A stretch of 64,000 nt of DNA. Source: Phoronis australis. Taxonomy: Eukaryota > Animalia > Phoronida. Position 1 is the first letter of the stretch. The number at the start of each line of letters is the position of its first letter. The stretch covers positions 789,861 through 853,860 of the forward strand of contig NMRA01000006.1 in the NCBI GenBank assembly GCA_002633005.1, given 5' to 3'. Made by a program: the position numbers and the translations under genes. Under the pieces are notes generated by a model. It did no database searches and was not told the origin of the DNA. It saw only the letters and a list, made by a program, of their open reading frames with translations. Below are positions 1 through 12,546 of the stretch, piece after piece.

Positions 1-461
1 ACTACCCACAATGCAAGTGACAAGCTCTTAGTTAACTTCCGGTTCGTTAACCCTTGCCCTTGCCAAGATCCTTTCTAGAATCTTCCACGAGATGGCTCTG
101 TCGTACAACTGCTTCTGTACACTGTAGCAAGTCTTTATGCTTCAACTACTATAGCGCATCTGATTATCTTGCTGATTTCAGCCCATAATATAACATTCTA
201 CTTATTTAGTGATTGGCTAATAAAAACCACATGATCATATCCACTCGTATTATTGGCTGTTACAATTTGTCCTCAGAATATTCTAGAATCTAGAGTACTT
301 TGACCCCAAAGCCCAAAGTTGTAAACACCATCTAAAAATAGATTTTGACGTTAAAATACATGTCAACAAGTCTGACCCCATGATTTAAAAGTACATATGC
401 ACAAATTTTGGGCAACTTAAAATGGATCTATTCTTACTAATTACTTAATCAATATTTATTC

Positions 462-3400
462 TGACAGTGATGCCCACTGGGCTGCTGACTGGGTATCTAC
501 CCAATTGCGTATACTCATCCTGCAACATCCGTAAGATACCGGGATAGCAGGTTCAGGCACAAAATGCAGAACGCTAGCTCCTATCTTTGCGAGTCTGTCT
601 GCATTCTCATTGCCATCAATTCCCACATGGGCCCTGACCCAGCGTATATTGACGGTTCTTTCAGTTGCAAGCTTGTTAAGCTCATTTTACTACATTGTCA
701 AGCGTTAACATAACGAGAGTTGACCCTTAGTTTCTTTAGGGCTTTTATTGCTGCCTGGCTATCTGAAAAGATGGTAATTGGCCGATTGCCAAGCTTAGTG
801 TTATAATGTGCCAGTTGAGCAGCTCTATCAATTGCAGTGATCTCTGCCTGAAACACTGTGTCAAGATTGCTTAGTGATACCCAGTTTTCTGCATCTGCAA
901 CAGGAAGGCTTGGAAAGTAGACCCCAGCACCTGCCTGGCCATTTTCCAGTTTAGAGCCGTCCGTATAACAAACCGCCTCATTCTTTTGTTCTGCAGTAGG
1001 CCATCCATCGCCAATTTCTGTGAAGAAATTGTTTGTATGATTTAAAGCTGTGACCTGGACATCACTAGGCATGTTCCATAGTTGCCCAGTCTTGGCCATT
1101 AGCTTATAATTGCAAACATTCCTGTGGCTTCTGTGTGCAACGGAGTGAGGGATGTTAGTTTTCACCCACTGATCATTATATCTGAGACGAAGTGCAGCAC
1201 ATGCAGCTTCACCCTCAAGGTATATGTACAGTGGTGGTAGACCGATAAGCATTTCTAGGGCTGCAGAAGGCGTTCCTGGAAAAGCAGAGGTTATGCGCGT
1301 CAGACAAGCTAGACGTTGCAGCTGCCTAAGTTTGTTGATAATTGTAATCTGTTTTAATGCTGTTACGCAGCATAGGACATTATAGGTCGGATGACAGCAG
1401 TATAAATCCAGAACATATTCTTGGGAGACATTCCCCAAGTTTTACCCACCGCACAACTGCATCTCACCAATGCAGATTTGGCTTTTGAGATTTTTTGTGT
1501 AATATGTGGGGTCCAAGAAAGACGATGGTGTATAATGACACCTAGGTAAGTCGCCTTGTCTACAAGATCAAGGTGTTTACCATTCAGTGTTAAAGACCGC
1601 ATTGACCATTTAAGCTTCCAAGTGTACATAATCACCCTTTGTTTTGCTACCACTAATTTCTAAGCCAACAGACTTAGCCCATGTGGCTGTTGTATTCAGT
1701 GCTCTTTGAGCAAGATAGCGACATGTGTCAGGATCGATGCTAGACACACTGAGAACAAAATCATCTGCATAGGCTTGAACATACAGGCTTGGACCCATGT
1801 CAGTTGATAATTGTCAAAGCAAACCACCTATAACCATGTTAAAGAGGGTGGGTGAGGCAGTGCCACCCTGAGGTGTTCCTCTGGTGATGCAAACCGGCAC
1901 TCTCACATCGTCTAGACAAGCAGTCACTGATTGACTTCCAAGCATGTTAATGATCCACGTGGTAAGACACCTATTCACTTTATACTTAATATTGCTGAAA
2001 GCACCAACAAGATCAATGAAGGCACAGAGGGCAAATTGTGTATTAAAAACAGCCCTTTCCAGTCTAGCAGATGATGTAGAGCGGTCTCCGTAGAGAAGCC
2101 AGGCCTATAAGCATACTGGTTGTTCTGAAGTTTGTTCTGTATTCCTTGTTTATCAAGATGCCACAGAATGAGCCTTTCCAGTCCTTTGAGAAGAAAGGAT
2201 GTTAAGGTTATAGGCCTAAATGATTCAGCCAAAAGGTATGAGTTCTTCCCTGGTGTAGGAATGAAGACTACCCTAGCTTCTGTCCAAGTCTTGGGGATGT
2301 AAGCTAGTTTAAGACTGGCTTTGTAAGTTGCTGTGAGTATTTGCAATAGTGGTATCCCAGCCTCTTGCAACATTATAGGATATATCATGTCTAATCCTTG
2401 GGACTTCCATGGTTTAAAAGACTTTAGAGCTAACTCCATAAGATGTGGTGTGGCTATGTTTTCAACATCAGCATAAGCTAATGGTTCACACTCTTCGGAG
2501 TCCGTCACTTTTGAATATTGGTTCGACAGGTTTACACTATCAGGATAGTGCTTATCCATCATGACTTCGAGTGTTTCCTCGGCGGAGGGTGTGTATGAGC
2601 CATCCTCTTTTTGAATGACCTCGAGTCTGGAGGAGTGATTCTTAAGCAATTGCACCAGCCTTGCAGTTGCAGAGAGGCTGTTAGTTTGCTGGCAGAAATT
2701 CCTCCAGGAATTACGCTTTGCTTTGCGTGTGGCAGACTTAAACATACGATAGGCAAGATGATATGCATCCCAGCACTTGTCAGTGTCAGTCGGAATTGTC
2801 GCTCTGTGAGCTTTACGTGCCTTACCCCGAAGTGCTGCCAGTTCTTTGGTCCACCAAATCTGTTGTTTTGGTTTCCCACTGACCTTAACACAGTGTTTGG
2901 GGCAGGAAATATCTAGTGACGTGGTCAGGGCATTGTTAATGTCATCTGCCAATTTGTTAACATCAGAACGAGTCCTAATATTTGTTGTTTCTAGAGTAGA
3001 AAGGAGTTTGGAAACCTTTGAACAATAGAGTTCCCAGTTCACGTTATTGGTATTCCTATACTCAGTAAATAGTGGAACAACAGAAGTCGCCACTTCAAAC
3101 CTGATGTATCTGTGGTCAGATAAAGAAGGTGCAGAATCCACTCTCCAATTAGTTACCACATCAACAGCAGGCAAATTAACCAGAGTAAGGTCTATAACCT
3201 CCTGCCGGTTTCTGACAACAAATGTGGACTCATGGCCCTTGTTGCATATTAAAAGTTGTGAGCTGACAATAAACTCTAGAAGTGCCTCACCTCTTGGGTT
3301 GGTGTCAGTGCTGTGCCACACCTCGTGATGTGAATTGGCATCACAACACATAACCAAAGGGATATTTTTGGCTCTGCAGTAATTGGTGATTTGTTGCAGT

Positions 3401-3771
3401 TTAGGTAGGGGTGGGTTCTCGGCGGAATCCCCTGGCATATAGGCTGAAACCCACCATACTGTGCATATTAGACCATTTGGTCTTAGTGTATCATAGGACA
3501 CTGCCACAGTGTCCCTGTCACAAAACTCAGAAAGGATTCTTGAGGTTATGTCTTTGGATACTAGAATGACAGCCCTGGGCTTGATGTTGTTACCCAGTGA
3601 AGCAATAGGAGATTTGGCATTCCTAGGAGTGTTCATCATCGTGCTTACCCGACAGCACAGCTCTTGTACGAAGGCCATGAATAGGGTATGACACTCAAGC
3701 ATCCGTTGCAGAAGCACTGATGGGTTGTCGGCCTGGTGCAGATTTATCTGCCAGATTTTAACCTCATACAT
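462..3771 (-). pseudogene. LINE ORF2 (APE endonuclease, reverse transcriptase, RNase H), broken by frameshifts
   Basis: Pieces 1975-3771, 1610-1798, 1363-1653 and 698-1438, plus an RNase H continuation to ~462, join into one pol protein only with several frameshifts. Confidence 0.92.
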
Positions 3772-3802
3772 TTCATCATGTTAAGAATATACTAGTGACT
3801 GT

Positions 3803-4889
3803 CTATCCAGACTCCACATCCCTCGTGAGTGGGGAAACAGCCAGAGAAGAGCTGTCATTGGATGGTACAGGTTCAGAAGCCCCAGCAACATTCCCTACCT
3901 CAGTCGTTTCATCACCCACGTCCTTTTCCACTGACTTTGTGGTGGCTGCACAGTCAGCTTCCATGTCCGAGGTTGACATCCCTTCTGAGGCCTGGACAGA
4001 AGCTTTGGCCCCCTTACTGCTTTTGCCCCTAGCTCTAAAAAGCACACGCCCAGCAAAGCTGCACCAGGGACAAAAATCCATCCCCCGGAGAACCTGCATA
4101 GCGGACTCTTCGAAGGCTAGGACAATGGTAAATCCCTTAGAGGGATATTTTGACGTTGGTTTGATGGCAGTCATTGACACCACACGAACCTTTGTCATAT
4201 CCAGGTCATCGTTGCACTCCTTAAGGACCAACAAGAACTCATCCTTATTTGAGGCAACTTTCTCTGACACGTGACAGAAGGCCTTGAACACAGGAGGTAG
4301 ATCGCCTGGATCCATCACGTGGTACCCTGACAGGTGAGAGTCAGGATCATCAGGAGTAAGTTCCTTACACTCAAGTTTGACCCAGTCAAGGGTAGCTGAG
4401 TTGTCACAGGCAATCGCCAGTTTGCCCTTTTCAAGTCTCACTGACTTAATATGAAGCGGGACACGGGGTCTCTGAGGTTTGACAAATGCCATCTGTAGTC
4501 GGCACTTCAGACGCTTAGCCTCGTCCTCATTTAGTGGTGGCTCACCAGCCTTTGCAGCCACAAAGACACTAAGATCTTTCTTAGCCACACTAGCATAAGG
4601 TAGTTTATCCACTTTAGCCACTTTGGTGGGTGGTTTTGAGGTTGTCAGACTTAGGGTGCTTAACACCCTGCTGAACATCGATTTCTAGGTTTTCAAGGTT
4701 CTGAGCCGTCTGGCAAGCCCACTTTGTCTTCTGCCTAGCAGCAGCAGAGAGACGGTGGGAGCTGCCATCAGGCCCAGTTGAAGTCTTTCTGCGACCATTC
4801 GCTATGTGAGGAGTGTCCGGGGCAGGTTTGGGGTTCCCGTCAGCAGCCACCCTAGCCGCTTTCACAAGCTTGGTAATCTCACTTTCCAC
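3803..4889 (-). pseudogene. LINE ORF1 (DUF4780-like), split by one frameshift near 4680
   Basis: Overlapping ORFs 4614-4889 and 3803-4678 sit just upstream of ORF2. The motif VRLEKGKLAIACDNSATLDWV resembles the DUF4780 ORF1 of LOA-type elements (recognised by eye). Confidence 0.7.
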
Positions 4890-5719
4890 TCAAATAGAAG
4901 AATCCAGTGATTTCCCAGAGCAAGCGTACACAGTAGGGGGTGCTTGCACTTGCCTTATAGAAACTCCTAGGGAGGAGTCTTTGAGGCGGACGTCCGTAGC
5001 CGCGAAGACCACATTCTATTGCCCTGTGCGCTGGTCTCTTGAACACTGACCAGGGTGGGTTATTGGTTTTCGCTGTGGATCCATATAGCAAGTATAGATT
5101 ATGATTCAGGTCTGCAACCACATTCACCCTATCCATAGGGTGGCAACAAGGCCCAGCCAAAGGCTTTCCTGCATATGCAAACCTATAGGATCTGACACTG
5201 GTTTTAACAGCTCCCTCCCCTGGTTCCTCCAAGCGAGCATATGACCCCCAGCGAAAGTGCTTCTGCTGCAAATGGACTACCCAGGTTTGGTATGTCTACC
5301 TCCAAGTGCCAGAACCTCGCAACCTCCCAGGGCTAACCGTTCAGAGGCTTGTCCCGTAGTGCAGCAGGCGCTACTCCGTGTACCGCGGTTTGCCCAAGAT
5401 TACTTGATACGCAATGTTCTGTGTTGTTTACCACCAGCCGCAACTGGCTTAAGACTCTAAGAACCAGCCAGGGTATTAGTTCTCAAGGGTTCTTGTGTCA
5501 CCTGACCGAAGACAAGGGGTATCAATCGGACCCGAAGAGGTCAAAGTCAAGATACTCCTGACCAGGCGCCCCAAAGGGGGATGATTGGGTTAGAGCGGCC
5601 TCCCACTCTAGAGCCACTGATCAATCACCCGAGAACAGAGAATGCTCCTAACAAGGTTTTCGGCATCTCATATCGTTCGAAACAACAGCGGCTGCTAAAG
5701 ACTGAAACCCCCTTCCCCC

Positions 5720-6123
5720 AAGCCGATTTAGTTTGAGTAAACCCAGTCCATGTGTTGCCGCGTGGAGGCACTGCACGAGTCTTGTTGTGGGAGAAGCTAT
5801 GTACTGACAGTCAGAACTGAACAGCGGCGGAAGCTGAAAGCAGAGCACTAAGCAGAGCTAGATACTACTACTAACTACACTACCACACTAGACACTAAGC
5901 AGAGCTAGATACTACTACTAACTACACTACCACACTAGACGCTAAGCAGAGCTAGATACTACTACTACTAACTACACTACCTCACTAGACGCTAAGCAGA
6001 GCTAGATACTACTACTAACTAAACTACCACACTAGACGCTAAGCAGAGCTAGATACTACTACTAACTACACTACCACACTAGACGCTAAGCACCACAACC
6101 TGTGGTCGAAACCACCAACACAC
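5720..6123 (-). ncRNA. Candidate HDV-like self-cleaving ribozyme at the LINE 5' end
   Basis: P1 GUGUGUU (6123-6117) pairs with AACACAU (5757-5751). P3/L3 reads GCC-UCCACGC-GGC (5770-5758), and GG after P1 supplies P1.1. P2 closure was not identified. Confidence 0.45.
5847..6092. repeat. 47-bp tandem repeat, 5 full copies plus a partial, in the LINE 5' leader
   Basis: Unit (A/G)CTAAGCAGAGCTAGATACTACTACTAACTACACTACCACACTAGAC starts at 5847, 5894, 5941, 5991, 6038 and 6085. Confidence 0.95.
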
Positions 6124-6749
6124 ACTTTTTAGATAAAGTACACACCATGAACATGGCGGCAGTCTATGAAACTTACAATGACAACCAGAAGTCAACTTTG
6201 CATTTTATTGTAATGTAATGTTTGTAAAAAGAATTAGGGTTAGTAATATTTACAGCTATAACACTGTTCAATTGTCATTGAATATTTTGTTGCATATACA
6301 TAATTACTTATATTGCTTTGATTGGTAGTGTGGCTCGGTCACATAAGCTCTCATTCAGGTTCAATAACAAAGTATTACAATTGACATTTAAATATTCATG
6401 TGTCTGGGTAAATGCCCAGGATGGTTAATCTGAGGAACTCCAATATGGGTGTGGGCATAGAAGCTGAACATGGGCCTTGGACAATTTTTGAGAAGCTGGG
6501 GGTGGCGGGTGGGAACTTGACTAATGGTCAGTACGTTTAACACCAAGCGGAATACCTTTACGTTAGATTTCACTTGCATGTCAAATAAGATCTCGGCTGA
6601 ATGTCTAGGTAAGCATTATTTTGAGCATTTTGCGAGCTAACTTTGGTGCAAGAAAAACCCTTTTAAAGAAGTCTTAGCTGTATAAGTTGAGGATTAGCCT
6701 TAGATGAGCATGGGTGTTAAAAATTTTGGGGATAGGCATTAAGTCAAAC

Positions 6750-6970
6750 ATGAGCTGGGACCCTTCAGCTCAATAGGCTGGGCCCTTCAGTACAGTGGGC
6801 TGGGCCCCACAGCACAGTGAGCTGGGCCTATCAGCATATTGGGTTGGGGCCCCCAGCACAATGAGCTGGGCCCATCAATACAATGGGCTGGGTCGTCAGC
6901 ACAGTGAGCTGGACCCCTCAGCACAATGGACTGGTCCTCTCAGTACAGTGGGCTGGGCCCCACAGTAATG
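6750..6970. repeat. Degenerate ~22-bp minisatellite
   Basis: About 9-10 repeated GCTGGGCCCCTCAGCACA(G/A)TG(A/G) units. Confidence 0.85.
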
Positions 6971-7078
6971 GTGCAGCACTAAATGCTTTTTTTAAATACA
7001 AAATGGACATTACCCTGAGTTGTCATCAGTCCTGCGACCTGAGGATTCATGTGGGGCATTTTTGTTTCATTTCTCCAG

Positions 7079-7201
7079 CGTTTCAAGATGCCAAGAGTGT
7101 CATGAAGGTCCTGTCTACCACCATGTTCCTGTATTTCGCCTGCCTGCTCCCCTCTATAGCCTTTGGAGTGCTCAACTCATCCAACACCCACATGACTATT
7201 T
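7079..7201 (+). CDS. SLC4A11: SLC4A11-like (bicarbonate transporter family / BTR1) coding exon, first in window
   Basis: ctccag|...|gtaagc. Encodes [36 protein letters not shown] (SLC4 TM1 signature). It starts in phase 1, so upstream exons lie outside the window. Confidence 0.9.
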
Positions 7202-8395
7202 GTAAGCTATTTTAAGAGTATCTTTGATTTTCCTTGGCAGTTTCTGATCAACAGATGTCATTGTAAGACTATGTGACTGTGGGTCTGGCTGCAGATTCAT
7301 GGAGGTAGGACAGATTACACTGTTAGAGGTTATTTTCTGATATAACTTCAATGGCTTGAAGCAACACCAACAGGATTTAATGCATTTAATTGGAAATAAC
7401 AATTTTAAGCCAGATTCCATTTTTGTGGAAACTACAAGGCCCTCGATACCTTGATTTTGGGGCCAAACATCGACCTCATTTCCATGTGAAAAATATTTTA
7501 AAATCGTGAATTCCCCTTCATTTGGCCCAGCCATTTCCCTTCTCAGAAGCCACAGGCACCTTTCCCCTCAGGTGATCAAGGGCCCTGATGAAATAAATCC
7601 ATGATTGTCATAAATTTTCTGCCAAGGTACACAGTAAAGTGAAAAGTTCTCCTGTAATAGAACAAGGCCACGCAGTTCCTTTACTGAACCTTCCATTCGT
7701 TAAGGGGAAATGTTAGCCCTACTTTTTCAAAACATTTATTTTGGTTTTGTTTGGTGTATTGTGTACTGTGAAAGATATTTTTAACCTTTTTGTTGGTTTC
7801 CTTAAAATGAAATAAAAAATATCTTTTACGGGGGGGGGTTGCTAGTCGAAGTGCTAGGGCCGGGCACTCGCGTTTTAACTTCATCTGAATATTTGCCATT
7901 CTTTTAATGTAGTTTACTTTGGTAACATTTCTTACTTCAAATGTGTAGAGTTCAAAATCTGACAAAATGCATTCCACATCATCTCTAATTGGTTGCGAGC
8001 AAGAAAAAGTCTGGAATAAAAAGTTCAAAATTTTCTTTCGTTATAAGGGAAACATCCCCAGTTGACCAAAAATTCCTTTAAAACTGCGATGTTCCCCTTC
8101 AGCTTGGAATTGTAAACACTTAATGAGCACAATGCAATAGTGTATTCTGCTCAAACTAAAAGTTATTTATTTCTTCAACTTCTAACAACCTGGCAGAAGT
8201 GTTGAAAGTTTTACATAATTGTTAACATGGTGTGTAATTGTATAGCTGTCACCATAGATACGGTAACCTTGGCTGTTCTAACAATGAAGTATAAATTATG
8301 GTTTTGGCAATTAGTATTGTTCAATAACAAGGAAAATGCAGTAGACCTTCCTGATTGATTGTGATTTGTTTATCATGAAACATGTTTATTTTCAG

Positions 8396-8509
8396 CTGTG
8401 TTGGATGTTATGTATGCACAGACCTTTGCTGGTATTGTGTTTGCTTTGGCTGGAGGGCAGCCCATGATGATATTACTGACCACAGCACCCATATCAATAT
8501 ACATTAAGA
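8396..8509 (+). CDS. SLC4A11: SLC4A11-like exon
   Basis: ttcag|...|gtaagt. Encodes VLDVMYAQTFAGIVFALAGGQPMMILLTTAPISIYIK, with the GQP...LLTTAP motif typical of SLC4A11. Confidence 0.92.
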
Positions 8510-9026
8510 GTAAGTTATAATGTTGTTATTATTAAACAGAATATTTGCTGTTACCATAATTGATGTGTTCGAATCCATTTCTTGCGTTATGTGAACCGTC
8601 GAGATAAAATACCAGGTTTTAGTACTTCCTGAAACCACTAAGAATACAGTTTCTTCTAACGCGAAGTTCCGTGCAATTTTGGTTTTTAGAAAATTAATGC
8701 ATGTTCAGAACAAAAATGGGAATTTCAGTAAAAGTGGTGGCCACATTTTTATACTGTGCAGTGTTTTGTGGCATGAAGACAAATTCTTCAGCCACTCAGA
8801 TTTAGAAAATTTACTCTTTATGGGTTGAAAATGAACAGTTACTAAGTTATTTGATAAAATGTGATGAAGGTTGACAACTACCCTCGCTGATAACCCTTTG
8901 AAATGAATAGACATTAAGAAATTGGGTTTTTAAGGTTGTCTGTTCCATTGTTCTAACTATTGTGTCAGTTGTTTTCTCAAAACCATTTACACCCCTGTCT
9001 GTTGATTGCATTTACTTATTGTGGCT

Positions 9027-9132
9027 GCAACAACAACGACATCAACAACAATGACATCAACAACAGTGTCATCAACAACAGTGACATCAACAACAGTGAC
9101 ATCAACAACAGTGACATCAACAACAGTGACAA
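9027..9132. repeat. 15-bp tandem repeat (CAACAACAGTGACAT)n
   Basis: About 7 copies, intronic. Confidence 0.9.
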
Positions 9133-10354
9133 TAGTAATGTCCATCGTTTGTGGTGTTTATTACCTTCCAAGTGGTTTATGACTAATTAATCTTTATTAT
9201 TTTTTATCGCGTAACTCTTTTGGCATGAGGGCCTTTTGCATTATGGATTGAAAATGGTGGACTATTCTTTCTCGACCACATTAATTTTAGATCAAATGTG
9301 AAAAGTGATTTAGACTGGTCTAAATTTAGGACAGTGCTAAAATTAGTACATTTGTTTTGGGCCAAAATATGAGTACGAACTACAAAATCAGCGCATATGT
9401 AAACAAAGACATTGATTAATCGACATTTCAGTTTATTGTAACAAAACCATTCTCTAGACAATTGTTCACAATATTCCATTCAGGTAACATAGGTGGAGAA
9501 CAATCTGCACACCTCAGGTACACCTCAAAATGCATTGTGAGGGGAGAGACAAGAAATCAAAAGAGTTGGAGCTCAAATGAACCAAAGAATGTTTCTATTC
9601 AGATAGCGCTCAGCGTGATTCAACCTTATATGAGGAGACTGAGGGTGGCATTATCCTTGTCCAAGATGTGGTCACCAGAGTAATCTATAGTGTGACCAGT
9701 TATCAATGAATGATTAAGAAAACCACTGTGTGTGTCTTACTCTTTATAATGTTCTTTGACTATGATGCTGAGAACATTGAACGTTGAAAAGATGGACTAG
9801 TGAGTGGACCAAAGTTAGTCCAATTATGTAAGTGAAATGCAAATGGTTTGGTCCGTACTATTATTCTCATCTGGCCTAAATTGTTTTGCCACTTCACATG
9901 AGTGCAGAGTTCTTCCCACAATTGGTCCCAAAGTGGTCCCTGATTTGTAGAATCAGTTTCCTCCACTGAATAACAGACCATGTGAGGAAGGTGATAATTC
10001 ATGATGGTAGGTCATGGCACGCTGATCTAAAATATGTTCCGAACTCGAACCAGTCCAGACAAACTGTTAATGCAAAAGCACCTTTACTCTGTAGTACATC
10101 GTACATTGAACATGTATTATGCTGTATAAAATACATTTATCAGGAATTTCCAAAAGAGCCCCCAGGTTCGTTTTACCCATGTGATTTTGTGTCCTTATAA
10201 AGCACCCCACGTTCATTTTATGCAGGCATGTAATTTTGTGTCCACTCATAGCCTCCATGGGAGTCCAGAAAAGTGGTGGAGCTCTGCTGGAAACATGATT
10301 TGTTGTAGCGGCAGCTGTGTGCTTTTGACAAATCTTGCTTTTCCGGTTGCCTGC

Positions 10355-10590
10355 CTTTAAGGTTAATGACTGAGAATTATTCACATCTTTTAGCACTCTT
10401 TTAATTTTAATAATTGGTAATGCATTCACTTCCTTTTGCACTCCTGTTAAAGGTCAATGATTGAGAATAGATTTATGTCTTGTAGCACTCCTTTAAGGTT
10501 AATGATTGAGGATAGATTCATGTCTTTTAGCACTCCTTTAAGGTTAATGATTGAGAATAGACTCACTTCTTTGAGCACTTCTTTAAAGGG
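10355..10590. repeat. ~45-bp degenerate tandem repeat
   Basis: TTTAAGGTTAATGATTGAGAATAGATTCATGTCTTTTAGCACTCC units, about 4-5 copies. Confidence 0.8.
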
Positions 10591-11134
10591 CCATATCTTG
10601 CTTTCCACTTGTATTTGTCATGCAAAACAATTCAGAATGAGCTCCAGGCTTTTTCAAACCTGGTTTCCGAAAGAACGAGGGGAATGTTTTGGAAATTCCC
10701 GTTATGCAGTTCACTGCAATGATTTCTATAGTATAGTCACGTGCAATTTAAAACTGAGCTGATGATGGAAGTATTTAAACCCACGCTCTCTAGATTGGAC
10801 TGTGGACACTATTCTATGAGACCACTGTGCCTTCTCTAGGTATTAATTAATACTAGAGTCTGGTCAAAATACCACCACTTTGATGCATAACATGTTCGAT
10901 AGATGCTTCTTCCATGAGTCCTGACACTCATGTACTCATTCATTGTTTGTTTGCATACCTGTGGAATGTTCAATTACATGTAATGATTGATGTTTTATGT
11001 GCATCTGCTGAGCAAGTCAGTTCACACTAAAGCTTGATGTTGATGGAAACTCATAATGAAACAAGAATTTTTGTGTTCACTTTTTGCAGTATGTGTTTTG
11101 ACTGGACATTTATTGTTGGATGTATCTTTTGCAG

Positions 11135-11273
11135 CCATTTACAACATAACTGATGCTGTTGGAAACACAAACTTGTTTTTGCCAATGTTTGCGTGGACTG
11201 GAATATGGAACTCTGTCTTCCTTATCATTTATGCACTTCTGGGATTAAGTCGCTTCATGCGATACTCCACAAG
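11135..11273 (+). CDS. SLC4A11: SLC4A11-like exon
   Basis: ttgcag|...|gtatgt. Encodes IYNITDAVGNTNLFLPMFAWTGIWNSVFLIIYALLGLSRFMRYSTR. Confidence 0.9.
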
Positions 11274-11626
11274 GTATGTAAAGGAGTTTTGCTTACCCTC
11301 TTAATTCTGGCTGACCAAAAACATAGCAAACAAATTTTGTATTGAAGTAACATTTTTGTACTTCCATGTTCCATGAGTGTTTTACAAAATTCGTTTTGAT
11401 ATGTGTTTTAAGTCCACTTCAAAGCGTAGGCTGGGATAATTCAGTAGGCCAAATCAAAACTGCTAATTTCAAACCAAAAAAAATAAGTTGATGGTGGTGA
11501 ATCTACCCTCAGAAACTTATTGTAAATGAAGTCCACCTGGTCGGTAATATCTGCGTGTAAAATTAGTAATGCCAACTTGATGTCAAAAGACATCTAAGTA
11601 AACTGTATGTCAGACCAAAGTGGAGG

Positions 11627-12486
11627 TTTTTATGTGCCCACTTACTTATATGTGGGCGCATTATGCCATCATCCCTGTCCGTCCGTCCTTCTGGCATACA
11701 TCCGCTGTTTTATCTCCAAAACTTTTCAATGTAATGAAATTTTGCAGATATGTTCCTACCATGGATGGGACGGCATGAGGTAATTTTTTGACGGACCCCA
11801 CTACTGGTTTTCCCCCCTAGTGGCAATTTTGTTTTTTACGTTTACCTCAGTCTGTATCTTCGGAGGTCTTTAACGGATTTTTCATAAAATTTAACAAAGG
11901 GCATCAGTTAGTGAGATGAAGCTACCTTCCTGTATTCAGATAGTATTCATGGTGTTTTGTGCTATCATTTTTACTATTTTCTAGTCTTTCAGGCTGATGT
12001 TAATGTATTTTTATGGTTTCTATTAATTAAAGAGTTTATGACAGGTTCCCGTTTTCGGACATATTTGACATATTGGCTGTTTTTATCATCATGAACTTTT
12101 GTAAATAGGTTTCTATAAAGGAGACAATGCCTTCTCATTTTTGGGCCCAATGGCCATTTAAAAAATTTTTGAGCAATGCTTTTGATGTCACCTTCTCCAT
12201 CCATCAAACCTCTTGAAGGTTCATTTGGGAGATGTGTTCCTGATGACAAGACTTAGGCTGACATTGATTTTTGGATGTTTTGACTACTCTGGTGCCTCCT
12301 AGTGGTATTTTTTGCATCCACAGCTGTATTGGCGTTACCTTCGCAACATCTTTGTGAAATTTAGCAGATGTATTCCTATGAAGATGGCAATAAATGACGA
12401 TGAGCTTCAGACCAATCCAACCAAGGAAGCGCATTATTTGCTGTGCGGTCGTGGGGGCATTTCAACCCTCTGTATTGCTCTTGTTT
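11627..12486 (+). mobile_element. Non-autonomous Helentron/DINE-1-like interspersed repeat
   Basis: Begins TTTTTATGTGCCCAC...ATATGTGGGCGCATTATGCC followed by a (GTCC)n microsatellite, has internal CCCCTAGTGGC repeats and ends TTGCTCTTGTT. A related inverted copy lies at 26496-27292. Confidence 0.55.
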
Positions 12487-12546
12487 GATTGTCAGATGCT
12501 TATTGTGTTTATGAAATATCTATTCAGTTTCCATTTTCCTTTGAAG

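Larger units (their letters stand above)
462..6125 (-). mobile_element. Non-LTR retrotransposon (LINE), LOA/R1/I-group-like, with ORF1 and an APE-RT-RNase H ORF2; frameshifted, 3' end truncated
   Basis: Minus-strand ORFs carry APE endonuclease (WQINLH, CDANSHHEVW, SDHRYI), RT (FRPITLTSFLLKGLERL, QAYADD, YLGV) and RNase H (YTDGSK, VFQAEI, FSDSQAA, WVRAHVGIDGNENAD) motifs. A ~1.2-kb structured 5' leader lies upstream. No poly(A) tail or TSD was found. Confidence 0.93.

Noticed and set aside
3795-4274. Plus-strand ORFs over the LINE and other 60-130 aa ORFs in introns and intergenic DNA
   Set aside because: They are antisense shadows or chance ORFs with no motifs or splice support.
5847-6092. 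Regular repeat arrays (also 29261-29782 and 58440-58580) as CRISPR-like arrays
   Set aside because: They are head-to-tail units without unique spacers, there are no cas genes, and the context is eukaryotic.
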